Below, in pieces: positions 1-8,866 of a stretch of 64,000 nucleotides of DNA. The DNA is taken from positions 1,499 through 65,498 of the forward strand of contig DASYRL010000067.1 in assembly GCA_036004445.1 (NCBI GenBank), read 5' to 3'. A model generated the notes under the pieces. The model was given only the letters and a program-made list of their open reading frames with translations, was not told the origin of the DNA and searched no databases. Every line of letters begins with the position of its first letter. The first letter of the stretch is position 1. A program made the translations under genes and the position numbers. The stretch comes from a bacterium (GTDB lineage: Bacteria > Sysuimicrobiota > Sysuimicrobiia > Sysuimicrobiales > Kaftiobacteriaceae).

Positions 1-224
1 TGCCCGTCGATGAATCCGGGCGCGACGTAGCGGCCGCGGAGGTCGTGGACCGCGACCGCCTGGTAGCTGCCCGAGGGTCCCGTTCCGGCGATACGCCCGT
101 CGGCGACCGCGACCTCGCCTTCGACGATGTCCTGGCTGAAGAGGTCGACGATCCTGACGTTGGTGAGGACGAGATCGGCCGGCTCGCGGCCGCGGGCGAC
201 GGCGATGAACCGCGAAAGCTCCAT
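1..224 (-). CDS. adenine deaminase-like amidohydrolase, N-terminal part (gene runs off the 5' edge)
   Basis: Minus-strand translation from CAT 222-224: MELSRFIAVARGREPADLVLTNVRIVDLFSQDIVEGEVAVADGRIAGTG...RYVAPGFIDG. This fits the adenine deaminase/amidohydrolase N-terminus. It is absent from the ORF track because it has no stop in the window. Confidence 0.55.
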   Translation of the reverse strand, partial: MELSRFIAVARGREPADLVLTNVRIVDLFSQDIVEGEVAVADGRIAGTGPSGSYQAVAVHDLRGRYVAPGFIDG

Positions 225-284
225 GGGCGAACGTTTTTACTCTTCGAGAGGGATTCCTCTGCGCCAACAAGAAAGGGCCGAACC

Positions 285-854
285 ATGGCTCACACTTTGC
301 CATTCAACGGACAAACACATTACGACTTGAAAATCGCGGGCACCGTACGGTCCCTGCCGCTGATTCAGGTAGCGCCCGATACCTGGATCGCGTACTACTA
401 CAGTCTGGGTGACACCGAGGTGATCGACCGCGCCGCAAAGCTCCTGGCGCCCCAGATGAACGACCCCGACATCCTGATCACCACGGAGATCAAGGGAATC
501 CCCCTCGTGCATGCGATCGCCACGAACCTGGGGCTCAAGCCCTACGTCGTGTGCCAGAAGCGGATCCGCCCGTTCATGCTCTCTCCGCTGGTCGTGCGGT
601 ACAAGCCCATCACTGCGAAGACGGAGCAGGAGCTCTACCTCGACGGTCGCGATGCGGTGAAAGTGAAAGGAAAGCGGGTCGCGCTGGTGGACGACGTCTT
701 CAGCACCGGCGAGACTGTCCGGGCAATGGAGGAACTCGTGCGCCAGGCCGGGGGCGAGATTGTCGCTAAGGCGGCGATCCTGCTGGAAGGCGAGGAGATT
801 TCCGGCATCAAGCACTTGGCCATTCTTCCGATCTTCAAATCCAACCACGCGTAG
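285..854 (+). CDS. type I phosphoribosyltransferase (purine PRT-like)
   Basis: ORF 45..854 trimmed to ATG 285 (MAHTLPF...). PRPP loop VALVDDVFSTGET. The upstream 80 codons are low-complexity and overlap the divergent gene. Confidence 0.8.
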   Translation: MAHTLPFNGQTHYDLKIAGTVRSLPLIQVAPDTWIAYYYSLGDTEVIDRAAKLLAPQMNDPDILITTEIKGIPLVHAIATNLGLKPYVVCQKRIRPFMLSPLVVRYKPITAKTEQELYLDGRDAVKVKGKRVALVDDVFSTGETVRAMEELVRQAGGEIVAKAAILLEGEEISGIKHLAILPIFKSNHA

Positions 855-865
855 GCTCGCGGACC

Positions 866-1759
866 ATGGAGGTCCTGCTGCCCCGTAGCCTTGACGAAGC
901 CCTGGAGATGAAAGCCGCGTCGCCGCAGGCCGTCCCGATTGCCGGCGGTACCGATCTGATGGTGGAGCTGAACTTCGACCGGCGGCGGCCCGATGGCCTC
1001 ATCGACGTCTCGAGGCTGCCCGAACTCCGCGAGTGGCGGCGCGAAGATGGTGGTTTCTTCCTGGGCGCCGGAGTAACGTACAGCCGCATCGTCACGGAGC
1101 TGCACCAGTTTGTCCCGCTCGTCCAGGCATCGCGCACCGTGGGATCTCCGCAGATCCGGAACGCGGGAACGGTCGGAGGCAATCTGGGCACCGCTTCCCC
1201 GGCGGGGGACGCGCTGCCCGTGCTTGCCGCCTATGACGCCCAGGTGCTGCTGGGTTCCGCCGGCAACCGGCATACGCTCCCCTGGCATGCCTTCATGACC
1301 GGGCCGAAGAAGACGGCGATCGGATCCGATGAGCTGATCCTCGGCGTGCGGTGGAGACCAGTCCGAGGCCCAGGATCGTTCTCGAAAATCGGAACGCGCA
1401 ACGCCATGGTCATCGCTCTCGCCAGCCTCTGTCTCGTGATGGACGAGGATGGGCGCACGGTGCGGGTAGCCCTGGGTTCCGTCGGGCCGACCATCTTGCG
1501 CGCGCCCGACGCGGAGGAGTTTGCCGCAGCGGCGATGACGCGGTCCGGCACCTGGGATGATCCACGGGCCGGTCTCCCGCTGCAGACGGCAGACGAGTTC
1601 GGCGAGCGCGTGGCCGCCGCGTCCCGGCCGATCGATGATGTTCGGGGCAGCGCCGCCTACCGGCGCCACGCCTGCCGCGTGCTCGCGACCCGGGCGCTGG
1701 CGTGGGCGCTTGACGACCGAACGGCGCAATCGGGCAAGCGCGCAAGCGAGGAAGCTTAG
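866..1759 (+). CDS. xanthine dehydrogenase/CO dehydrogenase family FAD-binding (medium) subunit
   Basis: 297 aa. AGGTDLMVELNF motif and C-terminal RGSAAYRRH, typical of the molybdopterin dehydrogenase FAD-binding subunit. Confidence 0.85.
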   Translation: MEVLLPRSLDEALEMKAASPQAVPIAGGTDLMVELNFDRRRPDGLIDVSRLPELREWRREDGGFFLGAGVTYSRIVTELHQFVPLVQASRTVGSPQIRNAGTVGGNLGTASPAGDALPVLAAYDAQVLLGSAGNRHTLPWHAFMTGPKKTAIGSDELILGVRWRPVRGPGSFSKIGTRNAMVIALASLCLVMDEDGRTVRVALGSVGPTILRAPDAEEFAAAAMTRSGTWDDPRAGLPLQTADEFGERVAAASRPIDDVRGSAAYRRHACRVLATRALAWALDDRTAQSGKRASEEA

Positions 1760-2253
1760 TGCGAGTACGCGTGCGGGTCAACGGGGAATGGCGTGAGGCG
1801 GAGGTGTGGCCCGGGGCCAGTCTACTGTACCTGCTGCGAGAGCCGCTGGGTTTGGTGGGATCGAAGAACGCCTGCGAGCAGGGAGAGTGCGGCTCCTGCT
1901 CCGTGTGGCTGGACGGACGGCTGGTCTGCGCGTGCCTCGTCCTCGCCGCGCAGGCACACGGCCGGGAGGTGCAGACAGTGGAATCGCTGGCCGGACCCGA
2001 CGGGCTGCACCCGGTGCAAGAAGCGTTCCTCGAGGCCGGGGCGGTGCAGTGCGGCTTTTGCACGCCTGGGCTGATCGTCGCGGTCGCGGACCTGCTGCGC
2101 CGCCATCCCCGGCCCGCCGACCCGCAAATCCGCGAGGCCCTGTCCGGCAATCTCTGCCGCTGCACCGGATATGAGAAGATTCTCGACGCCGTGCATCTGG
2201 CGGCGGCCAAAATGACGGGAACACGGGAACATGGGAGCACGGGAACATGGTAA
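1759..2253 (+). CDS. (2Fe-2S)-binding small subunit of xanthine dehydrogenase family
   Basis: 164 aa. CEQGECGSCSV, CGFCTPG and CRCTGY cluster motifs. The GTG start overlaps the upstream stop (TAGTG). Confidence 0.9.
   Translation: MRVRVRVNGEWREAEVWPGASLLYLLREPLGLVGSKNACEQGECGSCSVWLDGRLVCACLVLAAQAHGREVQTVESLAGPDGLHPVQEAFLEAGAVQCGFCTPGLIVAVADLLRRHPRPADPQIREALSGNLCRCTGYEKILDAVHLAAAKMTGTREHGSTGTW
2215..2250 (+). repeat. tandem octamer ACGGGAAC x4.5 spanning a gene junction
   Basis: ACGGGAAC ACGGGAAC ATGGGAGC ACGGGAAC ATGG. It encodes the C-terminal tail TGTREHGSTGTW of the FeS subunit and contains the ATG (2247) of the next gene. Confidence 0.85.
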
Positions 2254-3644
2254 GGCGCAGGATCGTCATCGATTCCTGTGATGTCCTCGTGACCATGGAC
2301 GATGCGGGGACCGAGATCGCCGGCGGCTCGCTCCTTGTCGAAGACGGTGTCATTGCATGGGTCGGCCATGGCAGCGTTCCGAACGCGGAAGGCGCCGAGG
2401 TCGTCAATGGGCGCGGCACGGTGGCGACCCCGGGATTGATCAACAGTCATCACCATCTCTACCAATCGATGACGCGCGTGTACGCCCAGGAACAGGGGTT
2501 GTTCGGCTGGCTGCGACGGCTCTACCCGGTGTGGACCGGTCTGGACTTGGATTGGATGCGCGCCGCCGCCGGAGTGGGGTTGGCCGAACTGGCGCTGTCC
2601 GGCTGCTCGACAACGACCGATCATCACTACATCTTCCCCAGCGGCATGACCGGAATTCTTGAGGCAGAGGTCGACGTCGCCCGGGCGATCGGTCTACGGT
2701 TTCATCCGTGCCGCGGCTCGATGGATCTCGGGGCATCGTCCGGCGGCCTGCCTCCGGACGAGATCGTCGAAGACCTCGACGCGATTCTTTCCCACACCGA
2801 GGCGGCCGTGCACCGGCTCCACGATCCCGGTCCGGGATCGATGCTGCGAGTGGCCGTCGCACCCTGTTCACCGTTTTCGGCCACGCCCCGGCTCATGCGT
2901 GAATCGGCGACCCTGGCGCGGCGGCTCGGCGTGCGACTGCACACGCACATCGCCGAAACCGCGGACGAGGCGCAGTACTGCGTTCAGACGTTCGGCCGCC
3001 GACCGCTGGAACTGCTCGAGGATCTGGAATGGCTGGGGTCCGACGTCTGGCTGGCCCACTGCGTCCACCTCAACGACGACGACGTGCGCCGCATCGCACA
3101 GACAGGTACCGCGGTGGCCTGGTGCCCCTCGTCGAACCTGCGCCTGGGATCGGGCATCGCGCCGGCCCGGGCGCTGTTGGACGCGGGCGCGGCAGTCGGG
3201 CTGGCGGTCGACGGATCCGCGTCCAACGATACCGGGCACATGCTGGCGGAAGTGCGGCAGGCGATGCTGGCTGTCCGCGCGCAGGGCCCGGACGGCATAA
3301 CGGCGCGCGGCGCGCTGAGAGTTGCCACGCGGGGCAGCGCGCGCTGCCTGGGGTGGGATGACATCGGCGCTCTCGAGGTTGGGAAACGCGGCGACGTCGC
3401 GCTCTTCCGTGTTGATGGGCTGGCCTTCGCCGGGGCAGACGCCGACCCGGTCGCTGCGCTCATCTTCTGCACTCCCCAGCGCGTACACGATCTCTTCGTC
3501 GAAGGACGCGCAGTCGTGCGAGAGGGCCGACTGGTCAACGTCGACGAGCAGGCCCTCGCCGCCGACGGCCACCGCGTCGGCCGCCGCATTGCCAGGTTTG
3601 GCGAGTCACGAGTCACGAGTCACGAGTTACGAGGATCGGCATGA
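2247..3644 (+). CDS. amidohydrolase, guanine/8-oxoguanine deaminase-like
   Basis: 465 aa. PGLINSHHHLYQS metal-binding start, HTHIAET and AVDGSASND blocks, typical of the COG0402 deaminase group. Confidence 0.8.
   Translation: MVRRRIVIDSCDVLVTMDDAGTEIAGGSLLVEDGVIAWVGHGSVPNAEGAEVVNGRGTVATPGLINSHHHLYQSMTRVYAQEQGLFGWLRRLYPVWTGLDLDWMRAAAGVGLAELALSGCSTTTDHHYIFPSGMTGILEAEVDVARAIGLRFHPCRGSMDLGASSGGLPPDEIVEDLDAILSHTEAAVHRLHDPGPGSMLRVAVAPCSPFSATPRLMRESATLARRLGVRLHTHIAETADEAQYCVQTFGRRPLELLEDLEWLGSDVWLAHCVHLNDDDVRRIAQTGTAVAWCPSSNLRLGSGIAPARALLDAGAAVGLAVDGSASNDTGHMLAEVRQAMLAVRAQGPDGITARGALRVATRGSARCLGWDDIGALEVGKRGDVALFRVDGLAFAGADADPVAALIFCTPQRVHDLFVEGRAVVREGRLVNVDEQALAADGHRVGRRIARFGESRVTSHELRGSA
3603..3634 (+). 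repeat. tandem heptamer GAGTCAC x4.5 at gene 3' end
   Basis: GAGTCAC GAGTCAC GAGTCAC GAGTTAC GAGG. It encodes ESRVTSHELRGS. The terminal GAGG lies 6 nt before ATG 3641 of the next gene. Confidence 0.85.
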
Positions 3645-6052
3645 GCGTCAAGGTCATCGAACGGGTCAGGGGCGTCATCGGCGAAAGCGCGCGGCGAGCC
3701 GATGGCGCGCCAAAGGTGAAAGGACAGTTTCTCTACGGAAGCGACCTGTGGGCGGATAACATGCTGTGGGGCTACACGCTGCGTAGTCCTCACCCCCACG
3801 CGCGCATCCGGTCGATCGACGTCTCCAAAGCGGTGGCCAGCCCGGGCGTGCACGCTGTGCTGCTGGCCCCCGACGTCCCGGGCAAGAAGACGTACGGACT
3901 CGATTTCGCCGACCAGCCGGTGCTGGCGGGAGAGCGCGTACGCTACCAGGGAGAGCCCGTCGTGATCCTCGCCGCGGTGGACCTGGAAACCGCCAAGCGG
4001 GCGGCGCAGACCATTGTGGTGGACTACGAAGTGCTGCCGGCGGTGACGGACATGGAACAAGCGCTGCGGCCGGATGCCCCTCAAGTCCACGACTACGGAA
4101 ATATCCTCCGTCACGTCCACATCGTGCACGGCGATCCAGAGACCCCCGCAGAGGTGTGGGTCGAGGGCTACTACGAGACAGGGATGCAGGATCAGGCCAT
4201 GCTCGGACCGGAGTCGGGCATGGCCATCCCCGCGGACGACGGCGGCGTGGATCTCCACGTTGCCACACAATGGCTGCACGTCGACCGCCAGCAGATCGCG
4301 CCGTGCCTGAACCTGCCGACTGAGAAAGTCCGCCTGCACCTCGCCGGAGTCGGCGGCGCGTTTGGGGCGCGGGAAGACGTCAGCATGCACGTGCATGCCT
4401 GCATGCTGGCGCTGCGCACCGGCCGTCCCGTCAAGATGTCGTACAGCCGTGAAGAGTCCTTCTTCGGGCATGTCCACCGGCATCCATTTCGGATCTGGAT
4501 CCGCACGGGTGCGGCCCCGGACGGCCGGTTGATCACCGCCGCCGTCCGCATCCTCGCCGACGGCGGCGCATACGCGTCGTCATCCACCGCGGTGATCGGC
4601 AACGCGTGCACGTTCGCTGCCGGCCCGTACGAGGTGCCCAACGCGCTGATCGACGGCACGATGATGTACACCAACAACCCACCCTGCGGGGCGATGCGCG
4701 GGTTTGGAGCGGTGCAGGTGTGTTTCGCTTACGAGGCGCAAATGGACAAGCTCGCGCGCGCGCTGGAACTCGATCCTGTGGCGATCCGCCTGCGTAACGC
4801 CCTGGCGACCGGGTCGGTGCTGCCGACGGGCCAGGTGATCCGCGGCAGTGCGCCGGTGCGCGAGGTCATCGAGCGTTGTGCCGCAATCCCGATGCCCGCC
4901 GCGCAGTCTGGTCCGCGCGACGTCCTCTCCCTGCCCGGCGGCGCCAACAACGTGAGCCGCGGCGAGCACCTCAAGCGCGGCGTGGGATTCGCGGTCGGCT
5001 ACAAGAACATTGCCTACAGTGAGGGATTCGACGATACCTCCGAGGTCCGAGTCAAGCTGTTCCTCGGGGCGAAGGGGCCGGTGGCCGAGGTCCACTGCGC
5101 GGCCGCGGAGGTCGGGCAGGGGGTTCATACGATCCTCGCGCAGATAGCCCGGACGGAACTCGGCGCGGTTGACGTCGTCCTCCATCCGACCGACACGGCG
5201 GTGGGATCGGCGGGTTCCACGTCGGCATCGCGGCAGACGGTGATGTCCGGCGGAGCCGTCCAGCTGGCCTGCCGGGCGGTCCGCGATGAACTGTTCCGGC
5301 GCGCCGCGGAAGATTGGAAGCGCGGATCGTTCGGCCCGATGCCGTCGGGCGAGTTCGCGCTCGACGCCGGCGGCATCATCTCCATCGGCGATCGGCCGGT
5401 CGGGCGGATCGAGGATTTTCTCGCGACACCTATCGAACAGACCCGCACGTTCCACCACCGGCGCACGACTCCAATGGATGCCCGCGGCCAGGGGGATCCC
5501 CACGTTATGTTTGCCTTCGCGGCGCAGCGCGCGGTGGTCGAGGTCGATGCCGATCTCGGACTCGTCCGCGTCGTGCAGATCGCCGCCGCCCAGGATGTCG
5601 GCAAGGCGCTCAACCCGCAGAGCGTTCTCGGCCAGATCGAGGGCGGGACGGCCCAGGGCCTCGGGCTGGCGTTGATGGAGGAAATCCAGCTTGCAGACGG
5701 CAAGGTCCGGAATCCGAACTTCACCGACTATCTGATTCCGACGATCCTCGACATGCCGACGGTGGAGTCGGAGCTGGTCGAGGAACCGGAGCCCGGGGTC
5801 CCGTTCGGGGCGAAAGGCGTCGGCGAGCCTTCGACCATCGTGTCGACGGCAGCCATCGTGGCCGCGCTGCGCGATGCGACCGGCCGGGAACTCAACCGCG
5901 TGCCGGTCAGGCCCGACGATCTGATCGGGCTGAGCCCACCTGTGACGTCCAGCGGACCGCCGCCCGTACCCGACGTGCCGTCACCTACGCCGATCCCGGC
6001 GCTGCACGGGCTGGCCGCCGGCCAGGAAGAGTTGATCGGACCCGCCGAGTGA
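3641..6052 (+). CDS. xanthine dehydrogenase family molybdopterin-binding large subunit
   Basis: 803 aa. Aldehyde oxidase/xanthine dehydrogenase a/b hammerhead and Moco-binding blocks (GGAFGARED, PPCGAMRGFG, GVGEPS). ATGA overlap with the upstream gene. Confidence 0.9.
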   Translation: MSVKVIERVRGVIGESARRADGAPKVKGQFLYGSDLWADNMLWGYTLRSPHPHARIRSIDVSKAVASPGVHAVLLAPDVPGKKTYGLDFADQPVLAGERVRYQGEPVVILAAVDLETAKRAAQTIVVDYEVLPAVTDMEQALRPDAPQVHDYGNILRHVHIVHGDPETPAEVWVEGYYETGMQDQAMLGPESGMAIPADDGGVDLHVATQWLHVDRQQIAPCLNLPTEKVRLHLAGVGGAFGAREDVSMHVHACMLALRTGRPVKMSYSREESFFGHVHRHPFRIWIRTGAAPDGRLITAAVRILADGGAYASSSTAVIGNACTFAAGPYEVPNALIDGTMMYTNNPPCGAMRGFGAVQVCFAYEAQMDKLARALELDPVAIRLRNALATGSVLPTGQVIRGSAPVREVIERCAAIPMPAAQSGPRDVLSLPGGANNVSRGEHLKRGVGFAVGYKNIAYSEGFDDTSEVRVKLFLGAKGPVAEVHCAAAEVGQGVHTILAQIARTELGAVDVVLHPTDTAVGSAGSTSASRQTVMSGGAVQLACRAVRDELFRRAAEDWKRGSFGPMPSGEFALDAGGIISIGDRPVGRIEDFLATPIEQTRTFHHRRTTPMDARGQGDPHVMFAFAAQRAVVEVDADLGLVRVVQIAAAQDVGKALNPQSVLGQIEGGTAQGLGLALMEEIQLADGKVRNPNFTDYLIPTILDMPTVESELVEEPEPGVPFGAKGVGEPSTIVSTAAIVAALRDATGRELNRVPVRPDDLIGLSPPVTSSGPPPVPDVPSPTPIPALHGLAAGQEELIGPAE

Positions 6053-6279
6053 CCTGTTACTACTGCGATCAGTGGGGGCAGCTCAAGCCGTTCATCAGCT
6101 TCCACCGGCCGCTGCGCGACTACGTGGCCGCCGCCAAACGATCCGGCCTGGAACTGGGCGACCTCGAACAACCGGAAGTGCCGGAAGAGGGGCGCCGCGA
6201 ACTCCCTGCGTCCTATCTGCGGTCGGCCCAGCGGGTGCCCTTTTCGTATGTGTTCAAGTTCGTCGCGGCGCAGGGATGA
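6053..6279 (+). pseudogene. 3' remnant of a class I SAM-dependent methyltransferase
   Basis: Frame of ORF 5314..6279 reads ...WGQLKPFISFHRPLRDYVAAAKRSGLELGDLEQPEVP...FSYVFKFVAAQG*, a typical MTase C-terminus. There is no N-terminal domain or start. Its stop overlaps the GH15 start (ATGA). Confidence 0.45.
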
Positions 6280-8105
6280 CATCACCGTATCCGCCGATTG
6301 CCGACTACGCGATGATCGGCGACTGCCACGGAGCGGCGCTGGTCAGCCGCGATGGATCCGTAGACTGGTGCTGTTTCCACCGGTTCGATGCCCGCCCCGC
6401 CTTCATGCGCCTGCTCGACTGGTCACGCGGCGGGTACTTCCGTGTAGCGCCTCAAGCGCCGTACACCGTCACGCGGCGGTACTGGCCCGGCACGATGGTG
6501 CTCGAAACCCGCTTCCGCGTCGACACGGGGAGCGTCGTCCTCGTGGACTGCTTCCCGATGCGCCCGGAATCGGACCCCGCGGTCGCCGAGGCGGTGCATC
6601 CTTTCCATCAACTCATCCGCTGGCTCCGGTGCGAGGCGGGAGAAGTGTCCCTACGGCTCGAGTTCTCGCCCCGGTTTGACTTCGGGCGCACGGTCCCGCG
6701 CCTCGAGACGCGCGGCGAAGGCCTCGCGGTCGTCTACGGCGGTGCGGATGCCCTGGTCCTGGAGAGCGAGCTTCCGCTGACACAGACGGACATGGCCGAC
6801 TGCACGGGCGAGACGGTCTTGCGGGACGGCGACGAAGCGTTCCTCGCGGTGACCTACGCCCGCCCCCACGAGCTGCGGGCCGTGTGCATGCAGGCGTCCG
6901 AACTCCGCGGGCGGGTCAATGATACGCGCCGCTTCTGGACCGAATGGACGGCCGGCTGCACCTATGAAGGGCCGTTTCGCGACCAGGTGCTGCGCAGCGC
7001 CATCGTGCTGAAAGCGCTCTCGAATGCCCCGACCGGCGCCATCGTCGCGGCGCCCACGACCTCGCTCCCAGAGCAGATCGGGGGCAGCCGGAACTGGGAT
7101 TATCGGTTCGCGTGGCTGCGGGACGCGGCAATGGACCTCTACGCCCTCTACCAGGTGGGCCGCGCCTCGGAAGCCGCAGCCTTCATGGCATGGCTGCGGC
7201 GGACGACCGCAGGACGCGTGGAGGACCTGCAGATCGTCTACGGCGTCGGCGGCGAACGCCTGTTGCCGGAGATCGAACTGACGGGAATGGAGGGCTATCG
7301 GGGCTCTCGGCCTGTGCGGATCGGCAATCGGGCGGCCGAACAGTTCCAACTCGATGTCTATGGGTTCCTGCTGGACACCGCATGGCTGCACCACAAACAC
7401 GGGGGGACGATCGATCCGATCTTCTGGGAGTTCCTCAGCGCCGGAATCGACGCCGTTGCCGCACGGTGGACGCTGCCTGACTCCGGCATCTGGGAAGTTC
7501 GCGGCGAGCCCCAGCACTTTACGTCCTCCAAACTCCTGGCCTGGGTTGCGGTCGACCGGGCGATCCGGCTTGCGCGGGCCCGCGGGTACCGCGGCGATCT
7601 CAACGCCTGGGTGGCGCTGCGGCGGCAGATCCGCCGGCGGATCGAGGCCGAGGGGATCGACCCGGCGACCGGGGCCTTCGTGCGGGCATTCGGTTCGCCC
7701 CAGGTCGACGCGTCGCTGCTCCTCATCCCGCTGGTCAGGTTTCTGCCTCCCGACGACCCGCGCGTGCGGAATACACTGCGCCGCGTCGAAGCGGACCTGA
7801 CGCATGACGGGTTGGTCTACCGCTATCGCACCGACGACGGCTTACCTGGCGATGAAGGCGCTTTCCTCATCTGCAGTTTCTGGCTGGTGGACAACCTGGC
7901 CCTGACCGGAGACATCGGCCGCGCCCAGGACGAACTGACGCGCCTGCTGGGGTACGGGAACGACCTCGGTCTCTTTGCGGAGCAAATCGATCCGCGGACC
8001 GGTGAATCGTTGGGGAACTTTCCTCAGGCATTCAGCCACGTCGGTCTGATCGGGGCGGTCAGGAATCTGCAGCGGGCCCAGGAGTTGAAGGCGCGGCGCG
8101 CTTAA
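6276..8105 (+). CDS. glycoside hydrolase family 15 (glucoamylase/trehalase-like)
   Basis: ORF 6072..8105 trimmed to ATG 6276 (MTSPYPPIADYAMIGDCHGAALVSRDGSVDWCC...). N-terminal GH15 signature and a C-terminal (a/a)6 region with FPQAFSHVGLI. Confidence 0.85.
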   Translation: MTSPYPPIADYAMIGDCHGAALVSRDGSVDWCCFHRFDARPAFMRLLDWSRGGYFRVAPQAPYTVTRRYWPGTMVLETRFRVDTGSVVLVDCFPMRPESDPAVAEAVHPFHQLIRWLRCEAGEVSLRLEFSPRFDFGRTVPRLETRGEGLAVVYGGADALVLESELPLTQTDMADCTGETVLRDGDEAFLAVTYARPHELRAVCMQASELRGRVNDTRRFWTEWTAGCTYEGPFRDQVLRSAIVLKALSNAPTGAIVAAPTTSLPEQIGGSRNWDYRFAWLRDAAMDLYALYQVGRASEAAAFMAWLRRTTAGRVEDLQIVYGVGGERLLPEIELTGMEGYRGSRPVRIGNRAAEQFQLDVYGFLLDTAWLHHKHGGTIDPIFWEFLSAGIDAVAARWTLPDSGIWEVRGEPQHFTSSKLLAWVAVDRAIRLARARGYRGDLNAWVALRRQIRRRIEAEGIDPATGAFVRAFGSPQVDASLLLIPLVRFLPPDDPRVRNTLRRVEADLTHDGLVYRYRTDDGLPGDEGAFLICSFWLVDNLALTGDIGRAQDELTRLLGYGNDLGLFAEQIDPRTGESLGNFPQAFSHVGLIGAVRNLQRAQELKARRA

Positions 8106-8131
8106 GGTCATCCGGCAGGGTAGCATAGTAG

Positions 8132-8866
8132 GTGAGGATCATGGGTGCGGTCAGCAGGTCGGACAAGATCTGGTACCTCCGGCGCCACGACTTCCTGGCC
8201 GGACTCAAGGAAGCCGAGCTGCAGGAGCTCGCCGAGCGGACCCAGATGCGGGAATTCCAGCGCGGCAAGGTCATTCTCCATCCCGACTCACGCCAGGAAC
8301 TCGTATACCTGATCAAGGAAGGCCGGGTGAAGATCTCGCGGTACTCACCGGATGGGCGCGAGCAGATTCTCACGTTCCTCGCCGCGGGTGACCTGTTTGG
8401 AGAACTTGCCCTGATTCAGGAGCGTGAGGCGGTTCACATCGAGGCGTTCGAGGATACGCTCATCTGTACGATGCCACGCACGGATTTCGCGGCACTGCTG
8501 GAACGCCGGCCGGAGTTGATGCTGCACGTGATCAAGGCCATGGCAGAGCGACTGCGGCAGGCTGAGGAGGAAATCGCCGATCTCGTCTTCCGGGATGTGC
8601 CGGGGCGCATTGCGGCGCTGCTGCTCCGGCTGGGCGAGGAGTACGGCGAGCGCGATCCGGACGGCCAGCGCTTGACCCTGCGGCTGACCCATCAGGACAT
8701 TGCCAGCATGGTCGGCGCGACGCGCGAGACGGTAACGACTACGCTGAGCCGGTTCCGGGAATCCGCACTGATCGCCACCGATCAACGGTACATCATCATC
8801 CTGCAGCCGGAACGGCTCCGGGCGATCTCGGGGCGCCGGCATCTGAGTGGAGATTCCAACTCTTAG
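8132..8866 (+). CDS. Crp/Fnr family transcriptional regulator
   Basis: 244 aa. cNMP-binding domain (FGELALI) plus C-terminal HTH (HQDIASMVGATRETVTTTLSRF). Confidence 0.85.
   Translation: MRIMGAVSRSDKIWYLRRHDFLAGLKEAELQELAERTQMREFQRGKVILHPDSRQELVYLIKEGRVKISRYSPDGREQILTFLAAGDLFGELALIQEREAVHIEAFEDTLICTMPRTDFAALLERRPELMLHVIKAMAERLRQAEEEIADLVFRDVPGRIAALLLRLGEEYGERDPDGQRLTLRLTHQDIASMVGATRETVTTTLSRFRESALIATDQRYIIILQPERLRAISGRRHLSGDSNS

Noticed and set aside
45-284. Long in-frame N-terminal extensions in the ORF track: 45..284, 6072..6275, 26536..26598, 27977..28609, 39680..39889, 44765..44863 and 45471..45740.
   Set aside because: The extensions overlap the preceding gene or divergent promoter, are low-complexity, and the conserved protein begins at an internal ATG or GTG with a plausible SD. 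Starts were trimmed accordingly.
225-284. Possible purine riboswitch between adenine deaminase and the PRTase.
   Set aside because: The region is only 60 nt and shows none of the conserved purine-aptamer loops or junction sequence.
1410-2627. 405-aa minus-strand ORF across the XDH FAD/FeS/deaminase genes. There are many similar long antisense ORFs, for example 635..1729, 3620..4483, 6651..7805, 23447..24328, 29665..31002, 41990..43954, 45729..47126, 55394..57784 and 62730..63530.
   Set aside because: They are Arg/Pro/Ala/Gly-rich and low-complexity, with no motifs, and lie opposite ORFs with clear family signatures. These are typical shadow ORFs of a high-GC genome.
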